Below, one piece after another: positions 57,352-64,000 of a stretch of 64,000 bases of DNA; position 1 is the first letter of the stretch, and the number at the start of each line of letters is the position of its first letter. This stretch comes from a virus: positions 83,698-147,697 of IMG/VR virus record IMGVR_UViG_3300037010_003037; one strand, 5' to 3'. The position numbers were made by a program, and so were the translations under genes. Under the pieces are notes generated by a model. It did not search any database. It was not told the origin of the DNA and saw only the letters and a program-made list of their open reading frames with translations.

Positions 57352-60300
57352 ATGGATCAAAACCAAAGACAGTTACTTGATATTTTAAATGATCTACGAA
57401 AGAACATTGTTTTGATGACACATCACGGAACAATGTCTGGAAATTCATCATCTGCAAAATCAGCCAACAAACATTTTGGCTCAAATGCTATTGATGAAGC
57501 GGTTATCGATGAATATGAACGCGAGATTCGTTTGGGTTCGAAGACTATTGGTTTTCAAAATAAAGCAATTAAAAATGTTATTCAGGCTACTCGCAAGCTT
57601 ACTGAAGCGTATGCAAATACTGCGCTTTCAGAAAAAGATAAACAAGACAGAATTGCTGAAGCATCTAAAGTTCTTTCTGAATCCTTAATCAGATCATCAA
57701 AAATTCAACAACGACTTGCTGTTGAGTACAATAAATTAGCAAATCTTTCAGTTCCTGAGCAATTACTTGCTTTTAAGAATCTAGTAAAAGGTTCTGATTC
57801 TCTTTCTAATGAGCTAAGCAAATATGCTCGAAATTCATCTCTTCTTAGTGCTGCTCTTATAAAGCGCGCCAATGAAATTGATCATGACACAGAGTCGCTT
57901 GATTATAGTCGTTACATAAGTGATCTTGCAAAGGCAGCAGCTGTTTTACCAAAGAGCTTGCTTAAAGGAGCTGGTGTCATAGATGAATACACAGATGCGT
58001 TTGGAGAATACGTCGCGGAGTTTAAAGATAATCTACATGCTGAAGACTTTGCTGCTCTTCGAGCTAAAATTGGACAAGCAGAAGTTATTTTATCAGAGGC
58101 ATTTGATGGTATCGAGTCTCTTGGATTCGGTAACATTCAAGATATCTTGAAAAAAGGTCTAGCAAATGTCCATGCAGAAGCACAAAGTCCTGAGAATGCA
58201 GGTAATGGTGGGTCAAAACCGATTGAAGATGCCTTGTTGGCAACTGCTGTCGGTCTAAGAAATATTGGTATTAAATTACCAGAAGAAATTTCAAATGCTA
58301 TTGATAATATTTTATCTGGTAAGTCTAATGAGACCTACGCCAATGATATTGCAGCAATTGCAAAAGAACTTCAATCTTTTTATAATGCGACAGATGTTGG
58401 TAAAAAAGGTTTGGATGAGCTTGCAAAGTCAGTTAATTCTTTTAATGGAGCTATTACGAGAAATTACCTTACACTTGAAGGCATTTCAAATAATTTAGCC
58501 AAGAAGTTAGGCGATTTAGTGACATTTTCTGGAACTGTAGCTGCACTTAAAAAGGTTTGGGATAGTCTTGCTGAGGTTTACAAGGAAATAAGTTCATTTA
58601 ATATAGCGCAACTTCCTGAGACATTCTTACAAGTCCAAGGTCAGGCCATTGATATGGGCATGAGCTTTGAAGACACAGTGAAGTTTATGCAGGAAAATAA
58701 GCGCGTTATGGGCTTATATGGTAAGCAAAATTTTGATTTATTAAGAAAAGGTCTAGACAACACATTTAACCAATTTGGTTACACATTTAAACAAGCTTCT
58801 GAGATGTTTGGCCCTGCAATAGAAGCTGCTATTGATTCATCTGTTAACATTAAGGATGGTAACGCGCTCAATGATTACATAAAAGATACTATGGAATCAT
58901 TCCAGAAAATTGCTGGATTGCTTAATGTTAGTGCTGTTGAGTACCAAAAATTAAATTTAGAGCTTTATAACACCCCAGAAATTTTGGGTCAAATGCTTGG
59001 GATGACAACACAGCAAACTCGAGTATATGAAAAGAGTTTACGTCAACAGCGTGATCAAATAGCTCTTAACGGCGTAAGTCTTCAACAAGCCAATGAAATC
59101 ATTAAAGCCCAAGAAGCCCAAAAAAGAGCTAAGATTACTGATCGCTTTAGAGCGGCCGCTATGCAACAGCTGATAGGAAATATGATCGGCATGGATCCAT
59201 CTGAAGTTAGTGAGTTATCTGATCTCTCAAGACGAACAGGCAAAACTGATGAAGAACAGCAAAGATATCAAGAACTTTCGAAGAAATTTGCTGCTGGTTT
59301 TTCACAGTATGAGCAAGATGTCTATAGTACAGACAATTATGGTGGTCAAGCATTTGTTGAAAAAATGAAAGAGTCGCTTCCTCCTTTTCTTCAGCAGATT
59401 TTACAGTCTGAAATACCTGCTGTCAAAGCTGATAAAGCAAACGCTGGCGCAACTCCTGAAGAAGCCAAGCGTGCTGAAGAAGCAGCTAAAGGAAGTAAAA
59501 TGGTGGCGATTTTTGGTGATGCACTTAACACCGTTTCATCATTCATTAATAATTCTTTAGTATCTACTGTTAGTTCGGCATCTATAGCATTGTTTGCATT
59601 GTCAGGTTCAGCCACAAAAGCAGCATTAGCGTTAAATGCTATAGGTAAAGGTGGTGGACTTGGTAATATTTTTGATGATTTAGGTAAACCCGGTGGACCA
59701 GGTGGACCAGGTAAACCTACTGAACCAGGTAAACCTACTGAACCAGGTAAACCTACTGAACCAGGTAAACCTACTGAACCAGGTAAACCAGGTGGATCAG
59801 GTAAACCAGGTGGATCAGGTAAACTTGGTGGCTCGATACTTGAGGCAGGTAAAGATTTGTTTGTGAGAAATAAATTTGGCTTAGCTAGTATGGGTGTTGG
59901 ATTAGCAACAGATATTGGTAGTTACGCGCTCAATAAGACAGGACATGAAAAAGCAGCCGCAGCAACTGATTTGCTTGGTAGTACAGCATCATGGGCATTA
60001 GCTGGAGCGCAGCTCGGGTCAATTATTCCTGGAATAGGAACTGCTGGAGGTGCCGTGGCTGGTGGGATTCTTGGCGCAATCAAAAGCATTGCGTTAGATG
60101 GTACGCTCGGTACAATTTTCGGATCTTCAGATACTGCTGGTAATACTGATCAACAACCTGCTACACCTCAACAATCTATACCTCAACAATCTATACCTCA
60201 ACAATCTATACCTCAACAATCTATACCTCAACAATCTATACCTCAACAATCTATACCTCAACAATCTACACCATATGTTTTTTCTGATAAAATTCAAAAA

Positions 60301-60741
60301 GATATCAGAAATAAGTTTTTATCATTACAAAACAGCACCGATACTAATCAACAATTTACACCACTACAATCTGATACACCATATGTTTTTTCTGATAAAA
60401 TTCAAAAAGATATCAGAAATAAGTTTTTATCATCGTCTATTACTGGAATGCCAATATCGTCAGCACCGATTGCTCCATTATCTGATCAATCAGCATCAAA
60501 CGAACCTGTAAATAATAATCAAGGAATACAATCACTTAATGGTGTATTAAACGTTAATGATGCAGCTACACATGAACAATTAGCATTAATTGCACAGCAA
60601 TTAATGGAAGCTGTGAAAATTTTATCTGAAATTTCAACAGCTAATGAAGAAGCACCACAATTACCGCGCTCTCCGCTTGGAGCTAATCTAAAACCAGCAA
60701 TTCCAACATCAATATCCTACATCAGTGGTAGGGCAATGTAA
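57352..60741 (+). CDS. Putative tape measure protein
   Basis: 1129 aa; Ala/Leu/Gln-rich helical composition; glycine-zipper [21 protein letters not shown]; adjacent to the chaperone pair. Confidence 0.65.
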   Translation: MDQNQRQLLDILNDLRKNIVLMTHHGTMSGNSSSAKSANKHFGSNAIDEAVIDEYEREIRLGSKTIGFQNKAIKNVIQATRKLTEAYANTALSEKDKQDRIAEASKVLSESLIRSSKIQQRLAVEYNKLANLSVPEQLLAFKNLVKGSDSLSNELSKYARNSSLLSAALIKRANEIDHDTESLDYSRYISDLAKAAAVLPKSLLKGAGVIDEYTDAFGEYVAEFKDNLHAEDFAALRAKIGQAEVILSEAFDGIESLGFGNIQDILKKGLANVHAEAQSPENAGNGGSKPIEDALLATAVGLRNIGIKLPEEISNAIDNILSGKSNETYANDIAAIAKELQSFYNATDVGKKGLDELAKSVNSFNGAITRNYLTLEGISNNLAKKLGDLVTFSGTVAALKKVWDSLAEVYKEISSFNIAQLPETFLQVQGQAIDMGMSFEDTVKFMQENKRVMGLYGKQNFDLLRKGLDNTFNQFGYTFKQASEMFGPAIEAAIDSSVNIKDGNALNDYIKDTMESFQKIAGLLNVSAVEYQKLNLELYNTPEILGQMLGMTTQQTRVYEKSLRQQRDQIALNGVSLQQANEIIKAQEAQKRAKITDRFRAAAMQQLIGNMIGMDPSEVSELSDLSRRTGKTDEEQQRYQELSKKFAAGFSQYEQDVYSTDNYGGQAFVEKMKESLPPFLQQILQSEIPAVKADKANAGATPEEAKRAEEAAKGSKMVAIFGDALNTVSSFINNSLVSTVSSASIALFALSGSATKAALALNAIGKGGGLGNIFDDLGKPGGPGGPGKPTEPGKPTEPGKPTEPGKPTEPGKPGGSGKPGGSGKLGGSILEAGKDLFVRNKFGLASMGVGLATDIGSYALNKTGHEKAAAATDLLGSTASWALAGAQLGSIIPGIGTAGGAVAGGILGAIKSIALDGTLGTIFGSSDTAGNTDQQPATPQQSIPQQSIPQQSIPQQSIPQQSIPQQSIPQQSTPYVFSDKIQKDIRNKFLSLQNSTDTNQQFTPLQSDTPYVFSDKIQKDIRNKFLSSSITGMPISSAPIAPLSDQSASNEPVNNNQGIQSLNGVLNVNDAATHEQLALIAQQLMEAVKILSEISTANEEAPQLPRSPLGANLKPAIPTSISYISGRAM
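59710..59817 (+). repeat. In-frame 18-nt tandem repeats
   Basis: (GGTAAACCTACTGAACCA)4 then (GGTAAACCAGGTGGATCA)2, encoding GKPTEP and GKPGGS. Confidence 0.95.
60166..60433 (+). repeat. In-frame 15-nt tandem repeat plus 59-nt direct repeat
   Basis: (CCTCAACAATCTATA)6+ encoding PQQSI; identical 59-mers at 60267-60325 and 60375-60433. Confidence 0.95.
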
Positions 60742-60750
60742 AAATACATT

Positions 60751-62448
60751 ATGGCACAATGGACTAATTATTTTCGAATCATAACACCAGCTTCTAGAAA
60801 AGCATCATATACCAGCCCGCCTAATTCAGTATTAGATGATGGGGTGGACGTTAATACAGCTGGATATGCAGCCTTTTCTACTGTTTCATGGTTTTCAAAC
60901 CTAATGAAAGGCGCTGCTTCAAGATTGCAACGTTATAAGCAGTATGATTCTATGGACACGGGTGATGTTACCCGTGCTCTAGACATTATAGCTGAAGAAA
61001 TTAGTAACCCAGATAAGCGCACCGGTTTACCGTTCATCATTCAATATCAGACTGAAGAAAATAAAAATGTTGCTGACACCACTGCAACAACGATTCGGGC
61101 AGCCCTTCGACATTGGGCAAAATTTCACGCTCTTAATAAGAAAGTATTCAACGTTGCCCGTTGTATGGTGAAGTATGGTGACTGCTTTTTTAGAAAAGTT
61201 TCTGACACTGAGAAGTGGGAGTACATTCACCCGACCCGTGTTATTGGTATTGAAATTAATCGTAAGGGTGAGAAGGTTGCATATCACATTCGTCCATCTA
61301 GCTATGGGCAGGCAACCAGTGCCTACGGTTCTCAACAAACTGAATCTGTTGAAATTACACCAGCTGAAGCAATGATTCATTTCACTTTATCTGATGAGAT
61401 GGGTGATTCTGCACCATTTGGTCTTTCTGTTCTTCAATCCGCTTATAAGGATTGGCAGAAATTAATTATGTTGGAAGATGCTTCCATAATCTATAGAATA
61501 GTAAGAGCACCAGAACGTCGTGTGTTTTATATCGATGTAGGTAATATACCACCACAACGGGTAAAGCAGTATTTGGATCAAATTAAAAATGACATTCGTC
61601 AGAAGAGAATGCCAAACACTAACAACGCAAACCAAACTGATTCTAAATACAATCCAGAATCTATTCAAGAAGATTATTTCTTTCCAGTCACCGCAGCAGG
61701 CCGTGGATCACGTGTTGAAACTATGCCTGGTGGTGCCACATGGGAAATCCCAGAACTTGATTATTTTCTTAATAAGGTCTTTCGTGCCCTTCGTGTTCCC
61801 ACATCGTATATGCGTGGTCCTGATGCGCAAGGCGCTCAATACTCTGATGGTAAGGTAGGTATTGCTTATATTGAAGAACTTCGCTTTGCCAACTATATCA
61901 TTCGTCTTCAGGCAGCTCTTGAAGAAGTCTTTGATGCACAATTCAAAATTTATTTGCAAGTAACAGGAATTAATATTGATCCTGAACTTTTTACGCTTAA
62001 GTTACCCGAGCCTCAGAACTTCGCATTATATCGTCAGGCAGCACTTGACGCAGATCTTATTAACTCCTTCAATTCTATTGAAGGCGTCAAGTATCTATCA
62101 AAGCGCTTTATACTGAAGCGCTATCTAGGTTTAACTGAAGATGATATCCAAATGAATGAAGCAATGCTTAAACAAGAACGTAGCATTGAAGATCAAGCAG
62201 CTGTTAGCGAGCTACAGCAGATATATGACCCGGCCGTTTATGAAAATCGTGATGAGGTTAAGGTAGAAGAACCTGAGTCAGAACCTGAGTCAGAACCTGA
62301 GTCAGAACCTGAGTCAGAACCTGAGTCAGAACCTGAGTCAGAACCTGAGTCAGAAGCAACACCCCAAGAAAAAAATCAGTCTGAAAAAAATGATGAAGAT
62401 ATAGATTTAAGTACTTCAAGTGATAAAAATGAAGAAACACCACAATAA
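60751..62448 (+). CDS. gp20: Portal protein
   Basis: LEDASIIYRIVRAPERRVFYIDVGN, EDYFFP, GRGSRVETMPGG, LRVPTSY, EELRF. Confidence 0.96.
   Translation: MAQWTNYFRIITPASRKASYTSPPNSVLDDGVDVNTAGYAAFSTVSWFSNLMKGAASRLQRYKQYDSMDTGDVTRALDIIAEEISNPDKRTGLPFIIQYQTEENKNVADTTATTIRAALRHWAKFHALNKKVFNVARCMVKYGDCFFRKVSDTEKWEYIHPTRVIGIEINRKGEKVAYHIRPSSYGQATSAYGSQQTESVEITPAEAMIHFTLSDEMGDSAPFGLSVLQSAYKDWQKLIMLEDASIIYRIVRAPERRVFYIDVGNIPPQRVKQYLDQIKNDIRQKRMPNTNNANQTDSKYNPESIQEDYFFPVTAAGRGSRVETMPGGATWEIPELDYFLNKVFRALRVPTSYMRGPDAQGAQYSDGKVGIAYIEELRFANYIIRLQAALEEVFDAQFKIYLQVTGINIDPELFTLKLPEPQNFALYRQAALDADLINSFNSIEGVKYLSKRFILKRYLGLTEDDIQMNEAMLKQERSIEDQAAVSELQQIYDPAVYENRDEVKVEEPESEPESEPESEPESEPESEPESEPESEATPQEKNQSEKNDEDIDLSTSSDKNEETPQ
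62269..62352 (+). repeat. (GAACCTGAGTCA)7 in-frame repeat encoding EPES in the portal tail
   Basis: Seven perfect copies. Confidence 0.96.
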
Positions 62449-62480
62449 TATTTCTTTTTAACGTATTATCTGTGTTAATC

Positions 62481-62488
62481 TATAAATA
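62481..62488 (+). promoter_or_regulatory. T4-type late promoter TATAAATA
   Basis: Exact consensus upstream of the prohead protease. Confidence 0.8.
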
Positions 62489-62542
62489 ATCAGACTAACT
62501 TCAGGTTGAGACGCGATTTACGCGTCATGTAAAGGAGACCCA

Positions 62543-63163
62543 ATGAAACAACAAATTCTCATTGAGCGCTTTAGTCCATCACAAGCGCAGCTCATCGAGT
62601 CACGCGACGTGGATAAAAATCTCTACCTTGCAGGTCGTATGATGGCCGCGGAGCAGAAGAATTTAAATCAGCGTGTTTATCCACGCAAAGAAATTGAGCG
62701 GGCAGTTAATTACATTAATGAAAAAATAAAAGAAGGTGCGTACATCATGGGTGAGCTTAATCACCCTGATAATCTTTCTATTGACCTTAAGAACGTGTCA
62801 CACATCATTACTGAAGCATGGATGGATGGCAACAATGCTGTAGGTAAGTGTAAAGTTCTTAATACCCCGTCCGGTCAAATCGTTAAAAACCTTATCGAAG
62901 GTGGTGTTAAGCTTGGCGTATCAAGCCGTGGAACTGGTAACGTTACAAATGAAGGTATTGTTGAAGATTTTTCTTTCGTAACTCTAGATATTGTAGCTCA
63001 ACCATCTGGCCCTGGTTGCTATCCAGATGTTATTCGTGAGTCTGTTGAGAACCCAAAAATTATGACACTTGCTGAAGCAGTGGTTCACGATGAGAAAGCT
63101 CAGAAATACCTAAAGACTGAAATTCAGAAATTTCTTGAATCCTTATTAAAAGGGAGTAAATAA
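62543..63163 (+). CDS. gp21: Prohead protease
   Basis: KNLNQRVYP, GELNHP, VSHII, LGVSSRGTG, DIVAQPS. Confidence 0.95.
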   Translation: MKQQILIERFSPSQAQLIESRDVDKNLYLAGRMMAAEQKNLNQRVYPRKEIERAVNYINEKIKEGAYIMGELNHPDNLSIDLKNVSHIITEAWMDGNNAVGKCKVLNTPSGQIVKNLIEGGVKLGVSSRGTGNVTNEGIVEDFSFVTLDIVAQPSGPGCYPDVIRESVENPKIMTLAEAVVHDEKAQKYLKTEIQKFLESLLKGSK

Positions 63164-63166
63164 ACC

Positions 63167-63451
63167 ATGCTAATTAAACAACTTCTTTCAATTCAACCGG
63201 CTCAAAAAAATGTAAGAGAGCAATATGAAGACAGTGCTGATTTCGATGCTGATATGAGTAAGATAATTAAGAATCTTGAAGAAGCACTTAAAATCGCGAA
63301 TTCTTCAAACTTCAAGAAACATATGCATGATACAGATACAAACTTTCTTACTGATGCAAATTCTTTAGCTAAAGAAATGACAGATGATATTTCTGCAGCT
63401 TTAAAGTCAGCTAAACATTTGTATGATCACATTATAGACGTGGCAAAGTAA
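63167..63451 (+). CDS. Hypothetical head-region protein
   Basis: 94 aa immediately after gp21; GGGAG SD. Confidence 0.7.
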   Translation: MLIKQLLSIQPAQKNVREQYEDSADFDADMSKIIKNLEEALKIANSSNFKKHMHDTDTNFLTDANSLAKEMTDDISAALKSAKHLYDHIIDVAK

Positions 63452-63532
63452 GCGGCATATTTAGCTTTTAACCATACTGTAATAAAAATTACAGATAATG
63501 TCTTTAAGACGTATTTCTCAAAAGAGGGGCAA

Positions 63533-64000
63533 ATGGATAAGAATCAACTCAAACGCTTAGCTGGTATTCCTGTGATAACTGAAAATAAATGGTCTGGTAA
63601 GGTTGAAACAAAGAAGACACCACCAGATGGTTTGTTTGCCGAAGGTACTAAGGCTGAAATTTGTGAATGGTTAAAAGCTAATCATAAAGATTATGCAAGT
63701 GCTATGGCTTCATTAAATTTTTACATCAATCGAGCTGGTAGAAATCTAGATGCACAACGTCGTGCTACTTTAGAATCATGTAAAAATGAATTGCGAAAAG
63801 CATATGGTGTCAAGGAAGCTCTTGAGCCATTTGACATAGAATACGTTCGAAAAATTGCTGGATTAGTTTCAACATTATCTGAAGAATCTACTGAAAAGTC
63901 GATGATTGTTAAGATCAATGGTGATACTAAGAAAGCACTTCATGATATTAGTACATACAGAACAATAAAAGTTATACCAAAAAGAGGTGGTACTGTTGCT
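63533..64000 (+). CDS. 3'-truncated ORF missing from the ORF track; DUF3175-like segment; possible head-internal protein
   Basis: GAGGGG SD; MDKNQLKRLAGIPVITENKWSGKV...SAMASLNFYINRAGRNL...ELRKAYG; open to the window end. Confidence 0.75.
   Translation, partial: MDKNQLKRLAGIPVITENKWSGKVETKKTPPDGLFAEGTKAEICEWLKANHKDYASAMASLNFYINRAGRNLDAQRRATLESCKNELRKAYGVKEALEPFDIEYVRKIAGLVSTLSEESTEKSMIVKINGDTKKALHDISTYRTIKVIPKRGGTVA

Noticed and set aside
60098-60511. NNLYL-repeat ORF (and the LTQV-repeat ORF at 62258-62443)
   Set aside because: Off-frame or antisense readings of the PQQSI and EPES repeats.
59710-62352. Tandem repeats as CRISPR arrays
   Set aside because: The units are contiguous with no unique spacers, are in frame within genes, and no cas operon is present.
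1-64000. Stop-codon reassignment
   Set aside because: Very long genes (up to 2933 aa) are intact under the standard code, and TAA, TGA and TAG all end plausible genes.
1-64000. tRNA, rRNA, group I intron or free-standing homing endonuclease genes
   Set aside because: Intergenic gaps are short, and I saw no cloverleaf, intron core or HNH/GIY-YIG/LAGLIDADG motifs by eye; a covariance-model scan would be needed to exclude them.

Overview
AT-rich, gene-dense segment of a large T4-superfamily-like myovirus, probably a jumbo phage. A two-component spanin points to a Gram-negative host, and the long ORFs fit the standard genetic code. 1-16.3 kb (+): replication and accessory genes, including the end of an intein-containing family B DNA polymerase, a sliding clamp, RNase H, an SLT-like protein, primase, gp41 helicase, a giant ligase-like/acidic protein, a PD-(D/E)XK exonuclease, a degenerate 2OG-Fe oxygenase and a UDG-like protein. 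16.3-48.7 kb (-): lysis, fibre and baseplate module (M23+SLT hydrolase, spanins, a paralogous 'HNLG' domain family, giant wedge proteins, gp6, gp25, gp5, gp53, cytidylyltransferase-like protein). 48.8-56 kb (+): gp55 late sigma, gp47, gp46, a resolvase and a PolA-like palm protein. Then a gp26/gp51-like pair (-), followed by tape measure, portal and prohead protease (+). Top finding: gp46 (Rad50/SbcC) is split into two genes inside its Walker A motif by an atypically split intein (37-aa IntN, 123-aa IntC, Thr+1), so the ATPase should need protein trans-splicing. Also notable: a candidate -1 frameshift fusing the gp26/gp51-like pair, a hairpin built around a late promoter that would occlude translation, a second polymerase-fold protein, probable virion-packaged nucleotidyltransferases, and perfect in-frame microsatellites in four genes. 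All family assignments come from motif recognition by eye; no searches were run.
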